Below, piece after piece: positions 25,253 to 37,050 of a DNA stretch of 64,000 nt; the first letter of the stretch is position 1, and every line of letters starts with the position of its first letter. This DNA comes from Octopus sinensis (Eukaryota), in NCBI RefSeq assembly GCF_006345805.1, contig NC_043001.1, positions 8,308,001 to 8,372,000 of the forward strand, read 5' to 3'. Both the position numbers and the translations under genes were made by a program. Under the pieces are notes generated by a model. That model was not told where the DNA came from. It did no database searches and was given only the letters and a program-made list of their open reading frames with translations.

Positions 25253-25661
25253 GGCGCAGGAGTGGCTGTGTGGTAAGTAGCTTACTAACCAGCCACATGG
25301 TTCCGGGTTCAGTCCCACTGCGTGGCATCTTGGGCAAGTGTCTTCTGCTATAGCTCCGGGCCGACCAATGCCTTGTGAGTGGAGTTGGTAGACGGAAACT
25401 GAAAGAAGCCTGTCGTATATATGTATATGTGTATATATGTATATGTGTGTGTATATGTTTGTGTGTTTGTGTTTGTCCCCCTAGCATTGCTTGACAACCG
25501 ATGCTGATATGTTTACTTCCCCGTCACTAGCGGGTCGGGAAAAGAGACCGATAGAATAAGTACTGGGCTTACAAAGAATAAGTCCCGGAGTCGATTTGCT
25601 CGGCTAAAGGCGGTGCTCCAGCATGGCCGCACTCAAATGACTGAAACAAGTAAAAGAGAGT
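25253..25661 (+). mobile_element. SINE family B, full length
   Basis: tRNA-like head ggcgcaggagtggctgtgtggtaag...gggttcagtcc, ttgggcaagt block, central (TA/TG)n linker, tail ggcggtgctccagcatggccgc...tgactgaaacaagtaaaagag. Confidence 0.88.
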
Positions 25662-26129
25662 ATGGATGCCCGTGATCAATATGAACTCCAGCTCAGTAAC
25701 TCTCATCTGAAAACAAAAAAAAACGTCACGAATTTACAATTAACAGAGTAGAATGGGTCCAATGTCTAATTAACTCATATTTGATCACATTTACTGCTAG
25801 TACACTTATTCCTACCACTCTACTCACTTGTGCTGCTGCTGTAGATGATACTGCTACTGCTGCTACCGCTACTGCTAGTATATCATTGCTTTCACTAGTG
25901 TGAGTGTATCACAGCTAGTTCTTTTTATTTTCCTCTTGGAATATAACTACTTCAACAGCAATCGAGGAGAGAATAATTCACAGACGCTCTCGTACTATCA
26001 ATCCAACGAAGTTTTAGTTCAGGCAAAATTAAGAAATTTAGTAAATCTTTATATCATAAAGATTTTTAAAAAAATGTTATCCTCTGGGATTTATACAACG
26101 TATGTATAGACACGGGTTTACTAGTATGA

Positions 26130-26330
26130 TAAGAGCTGCAAGATGCAGGAGGAAAGAGTGAGAGAGAGTTGTAGCGAAAGTGTCAGCAGAAGTTCGCCAT
26201 TGCATTCTGTCGGAGCCGCGTGGAGCTTAGGTGTTTCGCTCATAAACACACACATCGCCCTGTCTGAGATTCGAACCAGCGATCCCCCGACCGGCAGTCC
26301 GCTGCTCTAACCACTAGGCCATGTGCCTCC
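26130..26330 (-). mobile_element. SINE related to family C
   Basis: Minus strand ggaggcacatggcctagtggttagagcagcggact...ggttcgaatc followed by the gagcgaaacacctaagctccacg body. Confidence 0.8.
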
Positions 26331-26734
26331 ACATATATCGACATAAATATGTATAAATGTAGATACATACATATATATACAAATATATATATATTTATGC
26401 ATGTATATACATATGTATATATAAATATAAATATAAATATGTGTGTATGTATTTGTGTGTATTTGCCTGCGTGTCTGTGTCTGTGTATGTGTGTGTATAC
26501 AAGGGCCGCATTCAATGTTTCTAACAAATTCATTTACAAGCCATTGGTTGACCGGTTCTATAACACTTGCGCAACGTACGGTGCGGTGGGATCGAATCTA
26601 AAATCATGTCGTTATAAAGCAAACTTAAGCATTTATCAATAATCATAAAGAGAAATGGTATAAAGGCGTCAGACTTACAAAAAATTCGTGCATCTGCAAG
26701 CCAAAAGAAGGATGCTTAGGATATAAAATATTTC

Positions 26735-27151
26735 GAAGGCGGCGAGCTGGCAGAATCGTTAGCACGCCGGGCGAAATGCTTTGCGGTATTTCGTCTGCGT
26801 TACGTTGTGAGTTCAAATTCCGCCGAATTCGACTTTGCCTTTCATCCTTTCGGGGTCGATAAATTAAGTACCAGTCACGCACTGGGGTCGATATAATCGA
26901 CTTAATTCGTTTGTCTGTCCTTGTTTGTCCCCTCTGTGTTTGGCCCCTTGTGGGTAGTAAATAAATAGGTATTTCGTCTGCCGTTACGTTCTGAGTTCAA
27001 ATTCCGCCGTGATCGACTTTGCCTTTCATCCTTTCGGGGTCCATAAATTAAGTACCAGTTACGCACTGGGGTCGATATAATCGACTTAATCCGTTTGTTT
27101 GTCCTTGTTTGTCCCCTCTATGTTTAGCCCCTTGTGGGCAATAGAGAAATA
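26735..27151 (+). mobile_element. SINE family A, head-to-tail dimer
   Basis: Unit 1 26735-26967 with A-box-like tggcagaatcgttagc and B-box gagttcaaattcc; headless unit 2 starts at 26968. Confidence 0.88.
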
Positions 27152-28094
27152 TATAAATTATATCTGTTTAAATAACTTTTAACAGATTTTCAAACTTTCA
27201 CCGAAGAAGAAAACTTTAGGAATCAAATTCCCTTCATTAAATAATCTTTTGCTAATGATAAACATAAAGATAGCAACACATAATATATTATATAGCAACT
27301 TGTATTCATACAAGAGATGCTGGAACCAGCAAAAGCTAAACAGCACATAGACTAATTTGTTTTTTTAAATAATCCAGCTGTCATTATGAAATTGATAAGT
27401 ATATATGATTAAAAGGTCAAAGAACATAATAGAACATTTTAAATAATGCATTGAAAATCTTCTTGCACAACACGAAAGCAGCTATTGTTATTCAAAGATT
27501 TTCATCAAAATATTATCATGCCATATTGAATTTTATATATGCTTGGAAACAGAGAAAATGTTGGCATTGGTTATCGGTTTCGTGTTAACTTTGGTGATAT
27601 GCAGTTGTGTTATTACTGGTGTTGAATTAAACGTTAGAAATAGAAGACGTCGTGCTGAGAGAGCCGCTCGCACAGCGGGCATCGTTTTACGCTCTAATCT
27701 CAAATTCCAACGACGTCAAATTTGCCTTCCATCATTTTGGGGTCGATGAAATAAGTTCCATTTGAGCTCGGGATTCTTATTATAATACCCTTGGAATAAT
27801 AAAATGTGATAGGACACAATAACTAGCTCTTATTACTAGACATCTCTAAGTCGATTTTAGATACAACATTAACCCCAAATATTAATCCATAAATATTGCG
27901 GTTCTTTTATCAAAATTAAGATAAGGTTCTATTTTGATCTAAAATATACTCTTGATCATTTTCAACAATGCCCTTCCATCTGTCCGGTAAGCTTTCAAGG
28001 TTCCTCTTCCAAAATGTTCTAGTCCGTGACGAAAAACACTCCACTAATACTCTTCTGACACACTCACATAGGTATCTATATACACACGCACACA

Positions 28095-28171
<77 letters not shown>

Positions 28172-28174
<3 letters not shown>

Positions 28175-28328
28175 CGACTTTCTTCTTTCAGTTTCCGTCT
28201 ACCAAATCAATTAACAAGCGTTTGGTTGGCTGGAGGCTATAGAAGATTTAAGGTGCCACGCAGAAGGAGTGAACACGGAACCAAGTGGTTGGGAAGCAAG
28301 CTTCTTACCACACAGCCTCGCCTGCATA
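28172..28328 (-). mobile_element. SINE family B, 5' half
   Basis: Reverse complement of the family B head, internally deleted. Confidence 0.7.
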
Positions 28329-28429
28329 CGGATAATTTTATTTTTTCCGTAAAAGGGATAACTGTGTCTACTCACATAGTTACACATAGACACACTCATA
28401 CAAATGAAAGACCAGAGGGAAAATTCATC

Positions 28430-28655
28430 TATTTCTTTACTACCCAAAAGGGGCTAAACACAGAGAGGACAAACAAGGACAGACAAACGGATTAAGTCGA
28501 TTATATCGACCCCAGTGAATAACTGGTACTTATTTAATCGACCCAGAAAGGATGAAAGGCAAAGTCGATCTCGGCGGAATTTGAACTCAGAACGTAGCGG
28601 CAGACGAAATACCGCTAAGCATTTCGCCCGGCGTGCTAACGATTCTGCCAACTCA
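28430..28655 (-). mobile_element. SINE family A
   Basis: Reverse complement of 26735-26967. Confidence 0.88.
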
Positions 28656-29110
28656 CTTTCTTCCCAGGCGGAAAGTTGATCATGAAGCATACTAGAGCTT
28701 AATCGCCTCTTTGTTATCCATCCGTTTGTAGTTTTTGTTTTCTAGGAAGGAATCGCAACCATTTGTTGTGAAATTTCGCAACGCTTTTGCTAAAATGATA
28801 ATTATGATGGAAAATTCATCATAGGCCAGCGAAAATCTCTATTATTTTAGAAATGGTACTGTACCATATAGTCTTTTTAGGAATATGGATTTACTGGGTG
28901 GAGAGAGTTTCCATTTACCCCGCTCCTAGGCCTTTTAGTTGCCTCTTACGCCACGCAGTGAACACGGTGACTGCTAATATTGGGGGTTGCATTCTATGCC
29001 TTGACCCGAGTATAGAACGGGGCTCACTCATTTGAGCTTGGAAATGAATGGAATACCTGCTGCCATGTTACGGCTGACCCTTCCTAATAAAAAGTGAGGA
29101 ATAGGCCTGC

Positions 29111-29190
<80 letters not shown>

Positions 29191-29301
29191 TATATGTGTG
29201 TGTATGTATGTATGAATGTATGTATGTATGTATAATGTGATAAACAAGCCAAGGCTGTGAGGAGTTTTCAGGAAATTTATAAGGAAAAATATATAGATAT
29301 A

Positions 29302-29349
29302 GCCTTACAGCTGTTTCTAGGATAATATGGATATCCCTTCATCAGAGAC
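29302..29349 (-). ncRNA. Minimal hammerhead motif, family beta
   Basis: Minus strand: GUCU CUGAUGA A GGGAUA-UCCAUAU-UAUCCU A GAAA CAGCUG UA AGGC; palindromic stem III ACAGCUGU, GUA triplet. Confidence 0.72.
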
Positions 29350-30108
29350 AATGTGAGATGGTTAAACTGAAGTAAATATTTGAGTTCGAAATAAGGAATT
29401 ATTATGGAATGGAAGATAGTGATTATAGAGGGAGATAATAGAATCAAAGAAATAAAATATAAAATATTGCAGTTGTAGTTCCATTATTCGAGTAAAGTTG
29501 TGTATAGAAGTTGTAGAAAAAATTATTTTCACGGTATCTAAGTTCCAATAGTAGTTGGTGTTTAGTCATATCAAATTATGGAGCTGGGGATTCTGTGTTG
29601 GTCATTCGAAGGGGTTTTTGTGGTGGGAATGAAAATTTAAGACTGTATTGGTAGTATTTGTAGATAGATGTGTTTCGGGGGACGTTTATGATTAGAATGA
29701 GGAGATAGGTCATAATGAAAAGAAAAAAGACCCACAGGACCCACATTAGACTTCTCACTCGTATCACTATCGAACCAAGTGTTTAACTACGGTCTGGCCA
29801 TAGACTTTTCTTAGCGTTACCCGCCACTCTTTGAATCTGCTAAATACCGATACCTGTGATATATAGATACCGCATCACGCCCAGTAAACTGAATTAATAC
29901 GAAACCTCTCCACAAAAGATCATAAAAAGTGATAATAATCTCCTCATGAATATTATATAGACAGCCACACGTAGGCACATAGTCACATACAGGTACATTT
30001 TGAATAAATATTTACTTAGATATACGTATTGTCTGCGTATATAAATAAATAAATGTATATATTTATGCATATATGAGTGCACTAAATATATATAAATATA
30101 TATATAAA

Positions 30109-30202
<94 letters not shown>

Positions 30203-30280
30203 TATATATATATATATATAAATATATATATATATATGTATAATATATATATGTATATATATATATATATATACATAATG

Positions 30281-30313
<33 letters not shown>

Positions 30314-30339
30314 TATATGCGATTATATATATATATGAA

Positions 30340-31170
30340 AAACCACACAATACCTTTAAATTCTCCCGCTGTATGGACAAGCTTCCGCCCATTCTTCAAT
30401 GGAATAACGGATTCCTTTTAATATACTGTACTTCCTATACCATCGATGCCTCACGCCATTCAAGCATCAATCTTTACAGTATATTCTTCTGTTATTCATT
30501 TATCTAAATATTTTCACAAGTTCTTCCCACGTAGTTCTTTTTATCTGTTCATTCTTTTTTTTTTTACAGATAGCTGCAACTCTTTCATCTTTTTTCATGC
30601 ACTTCCCACATGTGTTTTCCTGAGTCTTTGTCACCTGTTTCCATGTGCTTCATGACTGTTTTTTTTTACTTACTTCATAATTTTTTCTCCTGCGTCTTTT
30701 TAGTCTGTCTTCATCATAGTTCTTCAATTTATTCTTTCACTCCTCTTTCGTAATCATAATATCATTTTATCACCACTGCATCATTTCTTTATATATTCAA
30801 TACTTTCCAGTTTCAAAGATTTTCGTATGTTCTGATTATGTTATTCCAAAATTTTATATTGTTCAATATAATTTCATCATATTTCATTTCAACGCATTTT
30901 GCATTAATTTCACTAAGATATATTAACATTTGTTTTTATTAAAAAACATTACTACTCCACTCCTTCGACAATAAACAAGTATGACACCATATTTTCGTAT
31001 ATGTTTAATCCTCAAACACAACAATTCTTCAATTCATCCACCATTCTTTCCAATCGTCACTAGTTTCTTATTGACGTAAGCGTCAACAATATATTAACCC
31101 AATTGACTCTTTTGGCTCCTTCTCACACACTGAAAATCTTTTACTATTAAGTTCTTTTATATATCATTTC
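30340..31170 (-). mobile_element. Highly decayed LINE ORF2 remnant (end of APE endonuclease to start of RT)
   Basis: Weak motifs KSQLG*YIV (S.IDYI-like) and MA*GIDGI (KAPGxDGI-like); purine-rich minus strand. Confidence 0.35.
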
Positions 31171-31178
31171 TCAGTGTG

Positions 31179-31545
31179 GGTGCAATTGCCAGGCGGTTAG
31201 GGCAAAGGACTCGTGGTCTTAGGATCGCGGTTTCGATTCCCAGACCGGGCGTTGTGAGTGTTTATTGAGCGAAAACACCTAAAGCTCCACGATGATCTGG
31301 CAGGAGGTGGTGGAGAACCCTGCTGTACTCTTTCACCACGACTTTCTCTCACTCTTTGTTTCTCTATCTGTTGTACCAGTATTTCAAAGGGCCAGCCTTG
31401 TTACGCTCTGTGTCACGCTGAATCTCCCCGAGAACTACGTTAAGGGTACACTTGTCTGTGGAGTGCTCAGCCTCTTGCACGTTAATTTCACGAGCAGGCT
31501 GTTCCGTTGATCGGATCGACTGGAACACTCGTCGTCGTAACCGAC
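31179..31545 (+). mobile_element. SINE family C
   Basis: Full-length match to 937-1276 and 51329-51705. Confidence 0.88.
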
Positions 31546-32199
31546 TGATTACCATCGTATCATTTCTCAGTACAATCTTATATTTCTCCATTTTGATTCA
31601 TTTTTCTTATTTACCATCATCTTTAATAACACGTCTACTCAACTATACTCCATCCTTTGTGTCCTCAAGAAACGGGAGCAGCTACTTGTTAAGTACCATT
31701 TCATGCTCCATATTGTTCCCAAACCTTATTTATTCTATTAATTTATTCTGTTCTCTGCCTATTTTTTTTCTTTCTCTCTATCCCTCTATCATCCTCTATA
31801 TTTCTTTTACTGCTCCTTCTTCGTTTCTGTCCCCTATCTATCTATCTCTCTTTGCTTCTCCCTTCTCATCATTCCCTTTGATTCTTCCCCTTCTCCTCTC
31901 TCCCTCTCGCATTGCACTCAACCTGTTGATCAGACGATTCTACAAGCCATTTTCCCGTTTCTCGGTCTTTTTTGAGATGGGACATCTAGATAGTTGGACG
32001 TTAATTTCTCTCGCCTCTCAATATATTTGCTCCTTTCGTATTTTTCTCATTATTTGTTACTCTTCTATTTTTCTCTCCTTTTTTCTTTGCCCTTTCAAAA
32101 TTTTCATAGGCCTTACCCATTACACTTCGTCCCTTAATGCTTGCATTCGACTATTGTTTACTGTATACCTCAAATCTTCTGTCCTTTTTTGGTTTGTAG

Positions 32200-32920
32200 C
32201 CCTGATTTGTATTTCAGGCTGCTGAACGTATTCTTTCTTTACTTTGTTCAATATAATTTTGGAGACCAAAAATCGCAGTACCAATGGTGACTTTCGCGTT
32301 TAATAATCCTATAACACCGTCCAGTTTTGGCAGATACAGTCGGTCGGTAGTTTAGGAAGGACTGCATTGTGCATTGTTAGCTGCTTCTTGGTTCTTTTAA
32401 GTTTGGCAGCTCAATTTTTATCCATTTTAGAAAGAGAGCAGACTGTCTCAATACTAGAATTGCCCGTATATTTATGGCTTCAATAAAAAAAATCCGCCAT
32501 TTAATTCTCTTTAGAAGCTCTTCCGAATTCTCTGTTCCTATTCTTTAGTGACGGTCTCTCTTATTTCTTGATTCAATATCGAATAGTCTTGAGGCACTCC
32601 AAGGTATTTGCATCTTTAATTATTCCATAGCAAACGAATGATATATTACGGTAATTTTCTGCTATCAGACACTAACTTCCGTCCTTGCTTCGTAATACAT
32701 ACAACGTACTTATCTACCCCAAACTATATTCCATTATTTTTACTGAAATATTCTCACTGCTTGGATTAAGAGAATCCAAGTTTATTTATTTATTTAATTT
32801 TGTCTACACCTTGTGGTCATCCATATAAATTTGGTCATTTATTCTTATCTTCGTATTGGCAAAGTCATTGATCGGTTTGAGCTTTCTCAGTGTATATGTC
32901 AGAGGGATTAACGACCTGGC
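32200..32920 (-). mobile_element. Decayed R4/Dong-type non-LTR retrotransposon RT
   Basis: IPLTYTLRK...RINDQIYMDD, CKYLGV, ELNGG, QLTMHNAVLPK, DRLYLPKLDGVIGLL: RT core and thumb motifs in the order seen in R4-clade elements. Confidence 0.75.
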
Positions 32921-32924
32921 AAAA

Positions 32925-33225
32925 ATATTAGTACGCTAGATAAAACACTCAGCGTCCGTCTTTTCTTCCTGAGTTCAAATTCCATCGAGGTCAGCTTTGC
33001 CTCACATCCTCTTGGGATCGAAAAAATATGCACCAGATGAGCACCGGTGTCGACGTTGACGGAATTTCAATTTGCTACGTTCTGAGTTCAAATTCCGCCG
33101 AGGTCGATTTTGGCTTTCATTCTTTCAGAGTTCGATAAATAAAGTACCAGTTGAACACTGCGGTCGATGTAATCGACTTACACCTCCCCTAAAAGTTCAG
33201 GCCGTGTGCCTACATTAAAAAGCAT
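32925..33225 (+). mobile_element. SINE family A variant with alternative tail (tandem partial copies)
   Basis: gagttcaaattccgccgaggtcga body; tail cctcccctaaaagttcaggccgtgtgcc running into (ATT)n. Confidence 0.75.
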
Positions 33226-33249
33226 TATTATTATTATTATTGTTATTAC

Positions 33250-33297
<48 letters not shown>

Positions 33298-33383
33298 CAT
33301 CATCATCATTATATTATTATTATTATTATTATTATTTATTATTATTATTATTATTATATTATTATTATTATTATTATTATTAT

Positions 33384-33432
<49 letters not shown>

Positions 33433-33665
33433 CATCATCATCATATTATTATTATTATTATATTATTATATTATTATTATTATTATTATTATATCATCAT
33501 CATCATTATTATTATTATTATTATTATTATATTATATTATTATTATCATCATCATTATTATTATTATTATTATATTATTATATTATTATTTATTATTATT
33601 ATTATTATATCATCATCATATTATTATTATTATATTATTATTATTTTATTATTATTATATTATTA

Positions 33666-33701
<36 letters not shown>

Positions 33702-33773
33702 TCATCATCATCATCATTATATTATTATTATTTATTATTATTATTATTTATTATTATATTATTATTATTATTA
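33226..33773. repeat. (ATT)n/(ATC)n microsatellite, about 550 bp
   Basis: Direct reading. Confidence 0.97.
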
Positions 33774-33774
33774 C

Positions 33775-33950
33775 TGAGGTGGCAAGCTGGCTAAATCGCT
33801 AACACGCCTGACAAACTGCTTAACGGCAACTCACCTGTCTTCACGTTCTATGTTCATATTCCGCCGATATTGACTTTGCTACTCATTCTTTCTGGGTCGA
33901 TCAACTACTCCTTCCCTCAAACATTTCAGGCCTTGTGCCTATAGTAAAAG
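33775..33950 (+). mobile_element. SINE family A variant, diverged
   Basis: Head gaggtggcaagctggc..., tail catttcaggccttgtgcctatag. Confidence 0.7.
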
Positions 33951-34067
33951 TATTGTTGTCGTTGTCGATGTTGTTGCTGTTGCTGCTGTTATTCCTATTA
34001 TTTTAATTAGCTTCGCTTTCGATTCTGTGAAAACGATTTTATTATCTTCACAACGTTTTATTCTTAC

Positions 34068-34173
34068 TATGCACAATTGAAATATGCCTTCTTGTATTTG
34101 TAGACATATCTGCAATTGCTTATTCGGCTGGAAGGAAGTCTGTTTCCTATCGAGTGGCTGCTCACGCGTGGCA
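34068..34173 (-). other. Candidate exon (106 nt) of a minus-strand transcript
   Basis: Acceptor aattttctcttgtctag, donor ATA|gtaaga. Confidence 0.3.
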
Positions 34174-34522
34174 CTAGACAAGAGAAAATTAACATTCAAA
34201 ATCGCATTTACATTCATCTGATTTTCTTATCGTATATGTCTTCCACCCATACGCATGCAACAAGAGAATGGCGATAAGACAGCGAAAAATGATTATAAAA
34301 TGGTTCCAATTGTTATATTAACATCCAAGTCTAACTGAATATCTATCTATATATCGTAGTTGCCTTTTTACTGAAATTAATGCAGACGTTTGCATAAGTT
34401 TTATTAACTGTTATAAAGCGTTTAAAAATCACTTGTTATTAGGGTAACAGCTCTTCTGTAGAAATACTTTTTCATCTTTATTGCTGTATGCAAATAATGG
34501 GTTCCAAGTAGAAGCCACATAC

Positions 34523-34605
34523 CTTCATTGTGACCATGACTACGGGAATATACGATGCTTCTGGCCGCCACAACGGGCCACTGGTTTTTTACCATCATCA
34601 CGGCA
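34523..34605 (-). other. Candidate exon (83 nt) of a minus-strand transcript
   Basis: Acceptor tatattattcttgtcag, donor GAAG|gtatgt; GC-richer than flanks. Confidence 0.33.
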
Positions 34606-35615
34606 CTGACAAGAATAATATACGTAGATATTGAAGTAGTTTTAGAGAAGAGCCGAACAGCATTGAATACACAATAAGTATTCCGGGACCTGTAACGGAA
34701 TTGTTATAACAATTGATTACATTAGATAGTGGAAAAAGTTGCGTATCAGAAGGTGTTTCCAAATTGGGTTCGTTGGTTCTGGGATATAACATGTTACCCA
34801 AAAGAATGTAGAAGCCATATGTGATTTTCTGCAAGTTTTTCTTGCACGTAATGGTTTGTTCTTACTTGTGCGAGGTGATGAAATATAGTTGTGTATAGGT
34901 GTGTATTTAAACAGGAAAGCGATGTCTCAGACAATAGTATGTCACCCAACTTTTCTCCAAAGATTAAGATCCTTTATGATAGAAATCGTCACGGAAAATA
35001 TCGATGACTCCCTTGGTGGTAGAAGGTAAATGATGTCATTCACCTTGGTTTTCTTTGGCATCACTGTGCTATGTATAGTACGCGGTAGGTTAAAAGTGTC
35101 ACAGTTTTTAGCGAAAACTATTAATGGAAAAGGAACTGTATTCCGAAACTATTTCTATTCTGGCATGACAATCCGTAATCCCATATATATCTGGCAACAA
35201 ATTCTCTAATCGGGGAACTCGGTTCTGATCTAACTTAGAAACGGGAATAAATCTGTCACCGACGTCACGTTGCTTTGTTGAATGCAGAATACACTTCTAG
35301 AACAAATGGCTACAAAAGTTGTGTGAAAGAATCTGCGAGTTGCTTACAATAATAACGTAAATATATTGCTCTGGAAGTGTCTATGTTGCTTCGGTGCATT
35401 ATCAACATGTGCAATTTGAATGACGTATGTTAGGTACTCAAAAGTGGTTAACTCAGCTTATATGTCTTCTGGTACTGCCATTGTGTATGTCCGAAAAAAT
35501 ATGTCCTCTATTCACGAATGGTTTATGCAACAAATTTAGCTGACTCACTGTGATACATTTATATATTAATATAAACACATGAAATAAATTATACGTATAC
35601 TATAAAAGTTGTGGT

Positions 35616-35920
35616 GGCGTAATGGCCCAGTGTTTAGGGCAGCGGACTCGCGGTTGTAGCATCTCGGTTTCGAATCCCTAACCGGGCGTTGTGAGTGTTA
35701 ATTGAGCGAAAACACCGAAAGCTCCACGAGGCTCCGGCAGGAGGTGGTGGTGATCCCTGCTGTACTCTTTCGCCGTAACTTTCTCTCACTCTTTCTTCTG
35801 TTGGCCTGCTCGTTTAGTCAGCGAGGTGGCGTCATTTGAAGTCTAGCACAATGTAAAGTGCATTGTGACCAGCGATGTGTAGCAACATCTGATGGCATGG
35901 TCGATCACGTGATAACGTGA
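35616..35920 (+). mobile_element. SINE family C with alternative tail 2
   Basis: Same head and body as 31179; 3' part ttggcctgctcg...gatcacgtgataacgtga is unrelated. Confidence 0.82.
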
Positions 35921-36704
35921 CTATAAAAGATGCAGATGGACTTCCGCTAATACGAATGCTATGTGCACGATTCCAAAACTATTTGAGTCACTGATTTGGG
36001 GTTTGTTGTTGAATATTACTTTTAAAACCGTTGTATCCTTTCACATTTGCGATCAATCGTTCTATGTATGTGCGCGTTTGTAGCATATTCTTTATAGTAA
36101 CAAACTTGGGAAAACTAATTGTTCGCTTAGATTCGTTCCATTCGGTCAATGCTGTAGAACATATCCACTTTAAATAGTGATATTCGTTAAAGGTTTTCAT
36201 GAGACTTTACAAGAGGTGTGATGTTAGAAACATCGATGCGGTTTGAGTAAGAGGTTCCTTGACCGTCATGGAGATTTGTTTGATCGCTATTTCTCAGTTG
36301 ATCTCTTCTGAAGCAATTTAGATATTTGCAATAATGTTTAAGACCTATAAATTGTTGTTATTTGAATTTCAAATTTGTTCTTGCAAGCAAATGGTAGACG
36401 TCTTTTTTTGACGCTTAATCTTATAGAAATAATTCTCTCATATCAGCTGAAGTGAAGAGAAACACACCTTCCTCATTTTACAGCCTGTGTCATATATACT
36501 CATATATTCCCACTATGATTGAGTAATGCATGTTAAATGGTTTTCTATCAGGCAAGAAGTATACTTTCGAAATGCTTATAATTTGTGCACAATAGAGTTT
36601 TCTTTATAAATAGATGGATATTTAACTAACATTAGTGTCCTTAACCAGTGATGACTAGACATTTGATTCTAATATTGTGTATAAAGGTGTGTTTTTATTT
36701 GATT

Positions 36705-37050
36705 TTATCATTTCCAGGTCGATAAAATAACCACCATGTGTGAAGCATGGGCGATTTACTTGACTTACCCACTCCCCTAAAATTTCTGGCCTTGATCCAA
36801 AATTGAAATATCGATATTAGCATTGCATTAAATCGGTAAGCTGGCAGAAAATCCGCAGCGCCGGACAAACTGCGTAGCGGATATTTTTCCAAATGTACGT
36901 TCGAAATCCGTTGAGGTCGATAATGCCTTTCATCTTAAAGGGGTTGGTGAAACACATTCCAACTGATTACTGAGGCGGCTGAAGTAACCTTCTTGCCCTC
37001 TCAACCGAAATTGCTGGCCTTGTACCAAAATTTGAAACGATTATTAGCAT
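36705..37050 (+). mobile_element. Two diverged SINE family A variant copies
   Basis: ggtcgataaaataa...cccctaaaatttctggccttg tail occurs twice. Confidence 0.6.

Noticed and set aside
26735-27151. CRISPR-like or tandem-repeat system
   Set aside because: The units are SINE monomers found dispersed elsewhere; no repeat-spacer pattern; eukaryotic context
27543-27749. ORF resembling a signal peptide or TM helix followed by RNRRRR
   Set aside because: The 3' half is a decayed family A SINE; the hydrophobic half is GT-rich sequence with only weak splice sites
31452-32225. Longest ORF in the window (257 aa)
   Set aside because: Starts inside a SINE and continues antisense to purine-rich LINE debris, giving an F/L/S/I-biased translation
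33226-33773. Irregular interruptions in long (ATT)n and (TA)n tracts as a possible code or higher-order repeat
   Set aside because: No periodicity seen; consistent with slippage or long-read consensus error
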